This document shows positions 27,931 through 38,940 of a stretch of DNA of 64,000 bases, piece by piece. Numbering within the stretch: position 1 is the stretch's first letter; each line of letters begins with the position of its first letter. This DNA is from Tubulanus polymorphus (Eukaryota > Animalia > Nemertea), in contig NC_134035.1 of the NCBI RefSeq assembly GCF_964204645.1, forward strand, positions 6,572,001-6,636,000. Reading direction: 5' to 3'. The translations under genes and the position numbers were made by a program. The notes under the pieces were generated by a model. It was not told the DNA's origin. It saw only the letters and a list, made by a program, of their open reading frames with translations, and ran no database searches.

Positions 27931-28201
27931 CTACGGAAGCGATAAAGGGACTCGAGTTGTCGCGTTCAAACTCGACAAGTCGCCATATTTATGTCGATAT
28001 AATATCGCGATATATCGCGTCAAGTCCACATGAATATGTCTATATATCGTGACGTTTTCACGACAAATTTCGCTTTTTTGCCCATTTTCCACGGGACAAG
28101 CCGTCATTTGAAGACATGTCTAAATGTAAGATGAGGACGCCAGTAATATGACGACTGAGTTTCAAGTCGTCATGAATATGTCGACTTGTCGCGAGGAAAA
28201 T
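27931..28201. mobile_element. MITE copy interrupted by an LTR insertion
   Basis: Matches 20097-20357 and stops at GCGAGGAAAAT, where the LTR end begins. Confidence 0.8.
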
Positions 28202-28751
28202 TGTGCACGCCCTTCTCCTCCGGCGATCGTGAGGGGTAATCAGGGGTCGAACACGTAATATTAATTATTCGATTCGACAATCCGACGATTCGCTGGTACC
28301 TCGTCGCAGCGGCTTTGTTGGGGGTGTACAGCCTTGGCTCCAACCACCAGTAGAAAAGAAGTTACTCCACGGCCTCTCCAACAACCTGCGACAAACAATA
28401 TTTCATGATAACCAAATTCCAAATATTTATTCATCAACAGTTAGGTACGTTACCGCCATTCGCGGAATCAATACGATGTATGACCACACAAACCCACAAC
28501 CAGAACATAACCGAGAGGGCGCCACAGGCTGGAGTGTCGTTCAGAAAACAAAAGATTACTCAACCAATGTCATTTTTGAATGTCTGTCACATACTCCCCC
28601 GAGCCGTAAAATATCGTCCTCGATATCTCAAAGTGTATCTGAACAAATCGTACACGAACTGGGACAGCATAAGAAGAAGAATAAAATGTCAAGGCCAACA
28701 ACAACTGATTTCAGCAGTCAACCACATGATACAATAAACGATACAACAACA
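28202..28751 (-). mobile_element. 3' LTR of a Ty3/Gypsy retrotransposon (~550 bp)
   Basis: Minus strand reads TGTTGTTG...GTGCACA, directly downstream of a polypurine tract, with a sharp junction to the MITE. Confidence 0.7.
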
Positions 28752-28752
28752 C

Positions 28753-28770
28753 GTTCCCTCCCCCTTTTTT
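28753..28770 (-). other. Polypurine tract
   Basis: AAAAAAGGGGGAGGGAAC on the minus strand immediately before the LTR TG. Confidence 0.75.
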
Positions 28771-28964
28771 GATAGTTTTTTTTTAATTTTTTTCTTATAT
28801 CATATTGCATATACTAAATGAGTTTACATGTTACACTCTACTATATACCAGTCCGGATCATGTTGGCAAGCGCATCCAACAGTTTAGGATTCTCTAAAAC
28901 CTCCGGACTTTCACATATTCCAGGAAAAATTCAATCCTCCTACGATCCGTTTGCATGTTGAACA

Positions 28965-29625
28965 TTAGAAATTCACCTGAACGCTGCCAAGCCGGGGTTG
29001 TCTCGTCCGCGGTCGGGGCACAGGACGTTCCTCCGAACTAGGACTTGGCTCGTCAACATCCGGTGAAGTTGAAACAGAGGGTGAACTAGCCGGCACGCTA
29101 TCCACCGACAAAGGGCTCAACGGAGGAGTCTCCACGTCAACCAGAACTGGATGCTCCACAGAATCGCTTGTTTCCTCAGCTCCCGGTGAATTCGGAACGG
29201 AGGCCATTTCCGATCGCACAATCTCCTCAGAAATTGGAGCTGGAGAAACACTCTCAATGGAACTTCGAGATAACACGGTGTCCGCACCGGCAATCCCAGG
29301 CTCAACGATGGGAGGTTCCTCCGCAGTTTCCACCTCGCGTGAGACAAGTACCCAGTCTTCCTCGTCGGACCCATCGTCCGCTACTTCGGCAACTATTTCC
29401 TCCGGCATATTAGTATTACCGACAGCGACTTTTTTCGGAGTAACAGGTTCCGGGTTTGCTTCCTTTACTCGGAATGATGTCACGCAAAGGAGTAGCCAAA
29501 GGTAATAACTTGTTCCTATGCAGAATCCTCCTCCCCCCACCTTCAATTCTTTTTAGCTCGTAAACAGGTACATCTCCAGTTACCTTGTTTTCTACGATAT
29601 AAGGCACCGATTCCCAGCGGTCAGC
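28965..29625 (-). pseudogene. Gypsy integrase C-terminal remnant plus Ser/Pro/Glu-rich tail
   Basis: ADRWESVPYIVE...VPVYELK...GGGRRILHRNKLLPL resembles the Gypsy integrase C-terminal region; frameshifted into an acidic low-complexity tail. Confidence 0.7.
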
Positions 29626-30330
29626 TTATATATGTCGTTCCCTGAATGCTGTTATCTCCCGTTTCAGTTCATTAACGGTTTCCACCAATGATTCAACGGT
29701 CTTTACGAGTTGGCCCGAGCCTTCAGCGTACATCTGGTGCTTCCTAGGCACCAGATTCCTTCCAAGGTTAGATGCCTCTTTCCCAACGCTTGCTATCTCC
29801 CGACCTCCAGGTTGGAACCCAAACTCTTGCTCCAATTTCCTCGCCTCAACCACCATTTCCTGGTATGAATGAGATAACAACAGCGGACGCAGCCCATGAT
29901 TAAGCTGCCTGTTAAAAAATCCCTGCCAAAACTGCGTCTTCAGTTCCGCCTCATCAATCTGTCCAGGGGCGTGACCCCGTATCTCCTCCAACCGACACGC
30001 CCAGAGATTCACACTCTCATCCCTACCTTGCTCTGCTGTATAAAATTTTCCGTATACTTGCCTAGCAGTTAAAATCTCCCCAAACAGGGTATCCAGTCGA
30101 TTGATCACCATGTTCAACGACAAGTCTGACCCGTACTCACCCTCAAGGTTCAACAAACAATCACGTGCTGTACCCTTCAGTGACCTACGAATGAAATTCA
30201 CCACTTGAGAATCCGAGTACACACCATCTGCCTGCAAACCCTGCACCTCACTCTTCCACTGCCGATACGAGACATCAGTTTAATTCTCCTCACCGGAAAA
30301 CGTACTGAGACGTGATGGAGTGTTTATCAC
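29626..30330 (-). pseudogene. Gypsy Gag (PNMA-like capsid region)
   Basis: PSRLSTFSGEEN*TDVSYRQWKSEVQGL...IRRSLKGTA...LDTLFG...FYTAEQGRDESVNLWACRLEE; in-frame stop near 30280. Confidence 0.8.
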
Positions 30331-30604
30331 GACATTTTGTCTTCCTTTAGACGACTCAGCAAACTCCTTCGGCCTCGGATCCTCGAACGGCACAAAACTG
30401 GGCGGAGTCACCGGTTCAATCCCCAATCGCTTCCGTGAAGTAGCACCATCCCCGTAAGAAAATCTGTTTACAACGGATCCACGTAAAGTAGGGTTTAACC
30501 CTCCTCTACAGGCGCTTCAGCGATTTGTTGTTCGACATCCGATAACTGGTCCAACGGCACAACCACTATCTGCACCACATTACCCTGAAATTCGATTTAT
30601 CAGC

Positions 30605-31310
30605 ACATTTTCCCCGTATCGGAAAAATGACAGTGTCGATCCGTATAAGCGCTCAAATCGTCAGGAAAAGCACATTTCGACCCGAAAACGTCGTTCTCCG
30701 CGAGAAAAGACGTTTTCTCATCCGATTTTCCCCGTATCCGAAAAATGGCAATGTCGATTTTTCGTCGCGAAAACGTCGTTCAGCGCGAGAAAAGACGTTT
30801 TTGTATCAAATATTCCCCCTATCGGAAAAACGAAAATGTCGATGCGTAAAAGCGCTCAAATCGTCAGGAAAAGCACTTTTCGACCCGAAAACGTCGTTCA
30901 GCGCGAGAAAAGACGTTTTCGTATCAAATATTCCCCCAATCGGAAAAATGACAAAGTCGATGCGTAAAAGTGCTCATATCGTCAGGAAAAGCACTTTTCG
31001 ACCCGAAAACGTCGTTCAGCGCGAGAAAAGACGTTTTTGTATCAAATATTCCCTCTATCGGAAAAATGAAAATGTCGATGCGTAAAAGCACTCAAATCGT
31101 CAGGAAAAGCACTTTTCGACCCGAAAGTCGTTCTCCGCGAGAAAAGATGTTTTCTCGTCAAATTTTCCCCCTATCGGAAAAATGACAAAGTCGATCCGTA
31201 AAAGCGCTCCAATCGTCAGGAAAAGCACTTTTCGACCCGAAAACGTCGTTCAGCGCGAGAAAAGACGTTTTCGTATCAAATATTCCCCCTATCGGAAAAA
31301 TGACAAAGTC
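30605..31310. repeat. 118-bp satellite array, left part
   Basis: TGCGTAAAAG at 30843, 30961 and 31079 (118-bp period). Confidence 0.97.
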
Positions 31311-31678
31311 AGTAATAGGGGTAATGGGCTTTCAAGCCAAAGGTCGAAGGGTCGAGCTCGTAAAAAAATGAAAATAACAATATTTTACAGTTGAATTAGT
31401 CGCGCACACTCCTAATTCAACTGTAAATTATTGTTATTTTCATTTTTTACTCACTCGCCCCTTCAACCTTTAGCCTGAAAGCCCATTACCCCTATTACTC
31501 TTAAAATATTCATTTACATGAATAACATTTAAATTGATAGATTATTCAATATAAAAGTGTGAGCTCTTATAGAATAGATATATAGATATATTTACAACAT
31601 TATTTCAATATTCATATTTGTGTGAGTTAGATTTTTAAACATTAAAAGTGTTAGTAAAGTGTGATTGAAATAATGCAT
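31311..31678 (+). repeat. Left TIR of Polinton 1; 31311-31499 is itself an imperfect palindrome
   Basis: Reverse complement of 48438-48804 with a handful of mismatches. Confidence 0.95.
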
Positions 31679-32399
31679 AGCTGTTTATACTAGAACATGA
31701 TTCTATTTGAGCCTATATACATTTCATGTAATGAACTATTGAATAAATCTATAAATTCACAGCTGTTACAGCTGTTACTATGACGCCGAGACATATGAGT
31801 CATAATATTGCAAACGTGTAGAGAACATTCTAGAAAGGTGTGCCGGAACCAGATGACGTGGCAGGAAATGAACAGACTGTAACATTACGCTTAGGATATT
31901 CTATCTCTCGAAACGAAATTAGGAGTTTATAGTTTACAATTCTAAATCTAAATGTATAGTACTGTTTTTTGTAGTTATTAGGGCTATTAAATATGAAACC
32001 TTTAGATATATTCTTTTAGATGGCTAGAGTTGCCGCTAATATCTTTTAGATTAATAAAACGCCCGCCATACGCATCAAGAAGTGATAGAGAAACTCAAGA
32101 TACTCTTTCTGACTGAGGAATCAACAGCAATGGATATCGAACCAATAGAAATTAGCACAAGAAACACAAGAATCGCCAAAAGATCGACGAAGAAACTATA
32201 TAAGAATTTCAAAAACATTAAGACTCCAATGATTAAGTTTAACATTTGTTGATGTAGTTAAATATTTACCAGCAATTGAAAAAATGTTTGATTTCTATAA
32301 ATTGTATTTATAGAAATCAAATGATGTATTGGAAGAAACGGCCGAACAACTTGTATAATGTATTGTGTAAATCTGTTTGGTGAATTTTTATGTTCAGTC

Positions 32400-32692
32400 G
32401 TTTCTATTATGATTAGCGCATGCGCATTGATCCAAACCGGGCCTGAATGCCCGGTCTTGCCTAATGCGAACACGTTTTGATATCTTATGTGTTCAGTTGT
32501 TTCTATTTACAGAATGAATATATAATTATGATTAAAACATGTGCATTAAGCAAAACCGGACATCAATGGCCGCATGTGACGCATGTAACGCATGTGTTGT
32601 TTCTATTTTACAGAATTTATAGAATGAATATATAATTATGATTAGCGCATGCGCATTGATCCAAACCGGGCCTGAATGCGCGGTTTTGCCCA
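32400..32692. repeat. Three diverged direct repeats containing GCGCATGCGC
   Basis: ATTATGATTAGCGCATGCGCATTGATCCAAACCGGGCCTGAATGC at ~32406 and ~32635, diverged copy at ~32525. Confidence 0.8.
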
Positions 32693-32827
32693 GTGGTATT
32701 ATTTAGATATCAAGGAATCGAAACAACTTATCAAAAGCAGCGAAATGAAAAAAGGATGACGTTGGTCGAAGAAATGGAAGAGGATTCTAAAATATTAACC
32801 AATTTAGTGAAAAAATACGTATAATAA

Positions 32828-33496
32828 ATGGAACCAGAACAACCACAAACTATCAATATTACAAATAACACTGGTGTTATAAATATATATTACAAGAAGT
32901 GTTCTAAATGTGAATTAGATAAATTAGCTTTAACAGAATTTAGTAAGCGTAAGATTAGCAAAGATGGTTTTCAATATTGCTGTAAAACTTGTTTTAAACT
33001 ATATACCAAACAATACCGAGAAGATAATATAGAACATTATAATTATTATATGGCAGAATATATGAGAGAAAGATATCAAACAGATCTTAATTTTAGATTG
33101 AAACAATGCTTAAGATCTAGATTAACACAATTATTCAACAAAGAAACACATTCAGAAACACTATCTAATTTATTGGGTTGTTCAGATAAATTTCTTAAAT
33201 CATGGATTGTATATCAATTCGACGATAAAATGAATATAGATAATTATGGTGAATACTTTCATATTGATCATACGTTACCGATTTCTAAATTTAACATGAA
33301 TGATGAATACAATAAAAAACTTATTTGGAATTGGAAGAATTTAAGACCTTTAGAAAAGAAGGAAAACATAATTAAATCTAATAAACTAGATTTACAGTTA
33401 TATTTAGAACAGTTAACAAAGGCAAAGAAATTTATTGATCAATGGAACAATGATCCAAATAATGAACAATACGTTGAGTCTTTAATGAGTGGTTAA
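32828..33496 (+). CDS. HNH / endonuclease VII-like nuclease with N-terminal Cys4 zinc ribbon (giant-virus type)
   Basis: KKCSKC...CKTC; NFRLKQCLRSRL; LLGCS; NYGEYFHIDHTLPISKF...WKNLRPLEKKENIIK. Intact ORF with TAAATG start. Confidence 0.75.
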   Translation: MEPEQPQTINITNNTGVINIYYKKCSKCELDKLALTEFSKRKISKDGFQYCCKTCFKLYTKQYREDNIEHYNYYMAEYMRERYQTDLNFRLKQCLRSRLTQLFNKETHSETLSNLLGCSDKFLKSWIVYQFDDKMNIDNYGEYFHIDHTLPISKFNMNDEYNKKLIWNWKNLRPLEKKENIIKSNKLDLQLYLEQLTKAKKFIDQWNNDPNNEQYVESLMSG

Positions 33497-33703
33497 AGAT
33501 TAATATATCTCAAATAAAAATATTAACAATTACATAACTTCAACTAACCAGTGAATTCTATTATATTTTTAATATTTTCTTTTCAAAAAGAGAATACTTT
33601 ATATTTTGAATAGATCCGAATAGAAATTCTTTAGCTTTAACTAGCTAGTATCATTTGAAGAATACTTATAATATTTTTTTTCGCTTTTTTTTCTCTAATA
33701 TAA

Positions 33704-34306
33704 ATGTCAAAGAAATCTAATAAGAATAGTATTGATATTGAAAAAACATTAGATGATTTGGGTATAAGTGATAATAAAGATACAGTTGTAACTAATTGTG
33801 CTCAAGTTAATTGTAATATAGATTATGAATACTATTTATATTGTAAGCATCATCTAAAACTATTGATTGCCGGTGGAAAAACAAAAGAGTTTTTAAATAG
33901 AATTATTACTTTTCAAGAATTAGATGCTATGAAACCAGATAAAGTAATGAAATATTTTAAGATTCATGAAGAGGCAAGATTAGCCCGAATAAATGATTCT
34001 ATTTCAGATGGTATTGTCAAATGTTATTCTAAGTTATGTAACCAGTTAATACCAATTAATGATGAAAATAAATTATATAGTGATTTCAAAAATGACTACT
34101 TAGTTATGACTGAATTACAAAAATGGGTTGGTTATGCTTCATTTCAATTAGGATCGGTTATGACATTAATTTCTACTGGCGTCATAACATTTTCGAATAT
34201 CAAGCCTATGGAATATAAATCAGGTAAGAACGAAACAGATGTACTACAACCAAACGTCGAAACAGAAAATGAATCAGAACAAAAATTAACTAAAATAAAT
34301 GAGTGA
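33704..34306 (+). CDS. Polinton hypothetical protein
   Basis: Intact 200-aa ORF, T-run+TAAATG start, hydrophobic segment near the C-terminus. Confidence 0.7.
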   Translation: MSKKSNKNSIDIEKTLDDLGISDNKDTVVTNCAQVNCNIDYEYYLYCKHHLKLLIAGGKTKEFLNRIITFQELDAMKPDKVMKYFKIHEEARLARINDSISDGIVKCYSKLCNQLIPINDENKLYSDFKNDYLVMTELQKWVGYASFQLGSVMTLISTGVITFSNIKPMEYKSGKNETDVLQPNVETENESEQKLTKINE

Positions 34307-34655
34307 TGGAGTTAAGAAAAAGGCTAGATCCGAGAAACAAATTAAATGGGCAAGAGAATTAGGTAAAAGATCTTCATTAAAAAAAGCTAAGAAAAAGAAA
34401 TTAACTGATATAAATGAATCACCTGATATTGATTCAAATAATAATCCATCTAATTCTTCTAATGCTGGAAGTAATTAAAAATTATATATTACAATTGGAT
34501 TAGTAACAGTTATTATATTATCCGGTGTAATATATAAATCAAAATTCAAATCTGATGATAAATATGATTCCAATGACAATAAACCTATCATACCAGAAAA
34601 TAAGTCAAATCATAAAACCATTGAAACTAAATCTAAATTATTATTAATGAATTAA
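34299..34655 (+). pseudogene. Small basic protein with a TM segment
   Basis: TAAATG start; MSDGVKKKARSEKQIKWARELGKR..., in-frame TAA at 34476, then LYITIGLVTVIILSGVIYK. Confidence 0.6.
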
Positions 34656-34661
34656 AATAAG

Positions 34662-35779
34662 ATGAAAAAAGAAGAATATTTAAGAGAGTTATATAATAAC
34701 CCAGAAAGTGAAGTATCATATTCTAACGTTACAGAATTATGGAATAAAATTAAATCTGATAATGAAAATGGTGATGGTGCCGTATGGCACCCACATGGTG
34801 GTATAAGATATAGTGAATTAAAATCATGGTTACAAAATCAACCAACATATCAAATACACAAGAAAATGGATAAAACTTATTTAACAAGAAAGGTTATGGT
34901 TTCATATATTGATCAACAATGGCAAGCTGATTTAATTGACATGAAGAACTTAGAGGAATACAACAAAGGATATTTCTGGATATTAAATGTTATAGATATA
35001 TTCAGTAGATACGCATGGTCAATTCCAATCAAAAATATAACTGGTATAGAAGTGACAAATGCTTTTAAATCAATATTTAAAGAAGCTATTCCAGATAAGA
35101 TACAATTTGATGAAGGTAAGGAATTTTATAACAAACATTTCAAAAAACTATTATCTGATAACGATGTAGATTATTTTTCAACACATTCAGATAAAAAAGC
35201 ATCTATTATAGAAAGATTTAATAAAACATTGAAAACTAGAATGTGGAAATATTTTACTGCTAATGAAACATATAAATATATCAATGTGTTAGATGATTTA
35301 GTGAAAGGTTATAATAATTCTAAACAAGTTCTATAAATATGAAACCTATAGAAGCTAGAAAAGAAGATAATTCGGAAATAGTATGGAATAATTTATATGG
35401 AGCGTTTGTAACACATAATTTCGGTGAACCTAAATTTAAAATTGGACAACACGTAAGAATATCTAAATATGGAAAAATATTTTATAAAGGTTATACCCCT
35501 AATTTTACAGAAGAAATATTCAAGATTAAAAAGATAATATAAACTAAACCATTTGTTTATAAATTAGAAGATTTAAAAGATGAAGAAATATTAGGTTATT
35601 TCTATGAACAAGAATTATCACTTGTACCAAATCCAGATGAAATAGAATACAAAATAGAAAAAGTATTGAAAACAAAAACCCTTAAAGGAAAAAAGTATTC
35701 TTTGGTGAAATATAAAGGATATGATGATAAATTTAATGAATGGATTTTATCTAGTAAAATTAAAAGAATAAATGAATAA
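34662..35779 (+). pseudogene. Retroviral-like (rve, DDE) integrase with C-terminal chromodomain
   Basis: QWQADLIDM, VIDIFSRYAW, QFDEGKEF, IERFNKTLK; YKIEKVLK...LVKYKGYDDKFNEWI. Frameshift near 35330 and stop at 35540. Confidence 0.93.
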
Positions 35780-36383
35780 AGATTTATTTATATTTGAACC
35801 GGATAATATGTTAGTTACTGGAGTAACCAATTGTGGTAAAACACATTTCATATTAGATTTGTTAGAAACTGTTTATAAGAATCATTTTGATAATATAATA
35901 TTATTCTGTCCTACTTATGAAATGAATAAAACATATAATAGAGATATAGTTAAGATGAAAAAGTTTATTATATTAGATCCTAAAACAGTAAAAGAAAATT
36001 TAGATAATTGTATAAAAATAGCAATTGATACTTATAAAGGATCAAATACATTATTCATCGTAGATGATTGCGCAAATTTACATGATTCAAAAGTGAGAGA
36101 AAGTGAGTTATGTTATTTAGCTTTCTCTGGGAGACATTTTGGGATAACAACATGGGTTTTAAATCAAAAATATAATTCAATTGTTAAAGACTTTAGGGAG
36201 AATATAAGATTTCTAGTTTTATTTTATAACAAAGATAAAAAATCTATGCAACAATCATTGGAAGAAAATCAAATTATACCTACTGAGTTACATGATGAAT
36301 ATATGAATAAATTAAAGAATAATAAAGGTTCAAAATTATTACTGAGATTACAATTTCCCTATGAATATAAATTTATAAAATAA
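35772..36383 (+). CDS. A32/FtsK-like DNA packaging ATPase
   Basis: Walker A GVTNCGKT, Walker B LFIVDD, SGRHFGIT motif, Q...RENI. Confidence 0.92.
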   Translation: MNKDLFIFEPDNMLVTGVTNCGKTHFILDLLETVYKNHFDNIILFCPTYEMNKTYNRDIVKMKKFIILDPKTVKENLDNCIKIAIDTYKGSNTLFIVDDCANLHDSKVRESELCYLAFSGRHFGITTWVLNQKYNSIVKDFRENIRFLVLFYNKDKKSMQQSLEENQIIPTELHDEYMNKLKNNKGSKLLLRLQFPYEYKFIK

Positions 36384-36760
36384 CTATTTGTATATCTATG
36401 TATTAGATACCCTATTAGATACCCTAATACCTGATGCCCTATTAGATACCCTATTAGATACCTTAAATACTTAAAACCCCCTTTTTTAAAATTAATATTA
36501 TTTATACAATTTTCAACCAGTTTATTTTTATTTTTTCAACTAATATATGAATAAGTTTGAAAATAATAAAGGTTATTTATTATTACTGAGGTTTCAATTT
36601 CCATATGAATATAAGTTTATAAAATAAGATATTTTATGTATTAGATTGTATTAGATATGTATTAGATATGTATTAGATACCTTAAATACCTTAAATACTT
36701 AAAAGCCCCTTTTTTATTTACTATTATTTTTACAATTTTCAACCTTTATTATTATTTGAG
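36355..36760. repeat. ~243-bp duplication containing short TATTAGATAC repeats in the convergent intergenic region
   Basis: TTTCC(C/A)TATGAATATAA(A/G)TTTATAAAATAA at ~36355 and ~36598, each followed by TATTAGATA(C/T) runs and CTTAAATACTTAAAA. Confidence 0.8.
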
Positions 36761-36778
36761 TTAAATATAATTAATATC

Positions 36779-37662
36779 TTAATCACTTTCACTATCAGAC
36801 CCTAACAATCTATTCAATTTCTCTACCGAATCTTCTTCTAATTCTTCATTATTTTTATACTTATTCTTCACCCTTTTTACCGCATCATCAATAGTTGTTT
36901 CATTGTTATGCTTATTCATCCAATCAAATTTATCATTATTTTCTACTTTATGTTTCATAGAATCTTTAATATCAATATGCTTATCTGTAACTATATCTTC
37001 ATTATTATCTTTATTAGTGTTTGCTCCTAATATTTCATTCACAGTGTTTGATCCTAATAAATCTTTATTATTAGCATCGGTTAAATCTAATTCATCTTTA
37101 TTAGGTGTTGCTAATAATAAATCTTTATATAATTCTTTACCATTTACTTTTTGATTTGAAACAAACTTATCAAAACATATCTAAATGGGTGTTCTAAAAA
37201 TTCTTTTAAACCAACACGATCTATTACATTAGTAATATGTAAATTTGTATTCATATGTTTATTCCAATTTGATGTAGCGTTTGAATATTCACCTTTACAA
37301 TATCCACAATAATTTCTATTTTCACTAACATTTAATATTATTTCATTATTTGATGTAGAGGGTATTACATTATTAGATGTAGAAGGTATTACATTATTAG
37401 ATGTAGTAGGTATTACTCTATTAGATGTAGTAGGTATTACATTATTAGATGTAGAAGGTATTACATTATTATCAATTACATTACTTAAATTATCAACGAC
37501 ACCACTTTTATCATTATCGATTTCTATTAGTTTAGTTTTATAAATTTTGAAAATAGGATCAAATATCAAAGCTATATTACAAGGTATTTCATAATATAAA
37601 CCATCATTATTTTCATGTGTATCGATGTATGGAATATGTTTATATACTTTACCTCCTTCCAT
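36779..37662 (-). pseudogene. Hypothetical protein with 8-aa repeats (VIPSTSNN) and a U1/matrin-like C2H2 zinc finger; one gene split by a frameshift
   Basis: TAAATG start; CGYC...H...H. The reading frame of 36779-37042 stays open upstream to ~37175 (FDKFVSNQKVNGKELYKDLL). Confidence 0.6.
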
Positions 37663-37694
37663 TTATTATATAAATTTTTATTAAAGTTAAAATT

Positions 37695-38940
37695 TTAATA
37701 CATAACACTATTCAATTGAGAATTTACAATATTTAATTGCGCGTCAGATATAATATAAATGTGCATTTTAAAATTTTTGATTCCTTTATTCTTTGTCATG
37801 AATAATTGTATTCCATCTTCAGTGTTCTGTAGTTTTTTTCCAGAACCATGTAATGAATTATCCTCTGTTGTTCTAAAATCTAACCATAATGCGTATTTAT
37901 TACCGGTATAATAATCAATTTGATTAATGTTACAATTTTCAGATGATTTTACTTTTTCATTCATAAAAAGTTTTCTAATTTCTGGCCATTGATCTATCAT
38001 TCTCATTCCTTGACAAAATATGTTATTTGCTATTCCTTCGATAGTTATTTCTACTTTTGTTATTTCAGGATTATAATAATTATCAACATTTATTGCGCCA
38101 TTTGTATATGTTGCATTGGTAAAAAATATTAATATACTTTTAATAGATCTTCTTGGGAAGTTAATATTCTCATTAATAATTTCATCATTTGCATTAATAG
38201 TTACAGTTTTAAATTTATCAATATAATCATATAATAATGAAAATCCTTGATTGTATTTAGTTTGAATTATACTTGAAATATTTTCATCAGTTACTGTATC
38301 ATATTCTAAACATATATTCGATAATTTATAACTCATATCTTTATTAACGCTAGATATTACAATTTCATTAACAGGAGCAAATGTTATTTCGAATATAACG
38401 TCTTCTTGAATTGCGTATTTATATAAAGGCGCATTGTTATTTATCAATTCAAAGTCTAATGGAATTTTATATTTGCTTCCATATATACTTTTTATCAATT
38501 TATCTATAGCATTAGTTAATATTGCATTATGTGCTTCTGATCTTAATTTATTTTGGTTTTCTGATTGGATTCCTTGAAATATCATATTATTTGTAAGTTT
38601 CAGTTAACCATAAATCTTTATAATGCATAAATAAATTATAATCATCTAATGAGAAAACTGTTTCTGGACCAATCTTTATAGTTTATTTTTTAATCAAATA
38701 TCTCCCAACATTATCGACAACATAATTATTATTATTACCGATTACTTTTATATCGGCTGATAAATAAATACTATTTGGAACATAAAAAGTATTTTGTGTT
38801 AATCGAGGGATTCTAACATATAAAGTTTCATCAGGATTAATATTAGAAGGGTTATGAGTAATTATATGATGTGATCTTTCTGCTTTAATAGCATTAGATA
38901 TTCTATGATTCTTAGAAGGATTGATATAACTCCCACTCAT
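37695..38940 (-). pseudogene. Major capsid protein (double jelly-roll), frameshifted
   Basis: IITHNPSNI...LYVRIPRL...DNVGRYLIKK...KYKIPLDFEL...YKLSNICLEYD...YALWLDFRTTEDNSLHGSG; ~415-aa beta-rich protein in a Polinton context. Frameshifts at ~38590-38685. Confidence 0.8.

Noticed and set aside
14261-28772. Short ORFs in spacer blocks, MITEs and the LTR (e.g. 15398, 16040, 20731, 21776, 25568, 28405)
   Set aside because: No recognisable domains, and not preserved as ORFs between paralogous copies.
31311-31499. Independent MITE insertions explaining the terminal palindromes
   Set aside because: The palindromes sit exactly at both element ends inside one continuous TIR, share the terminal motif with element 2, and only the outermost ends carry the TSD.
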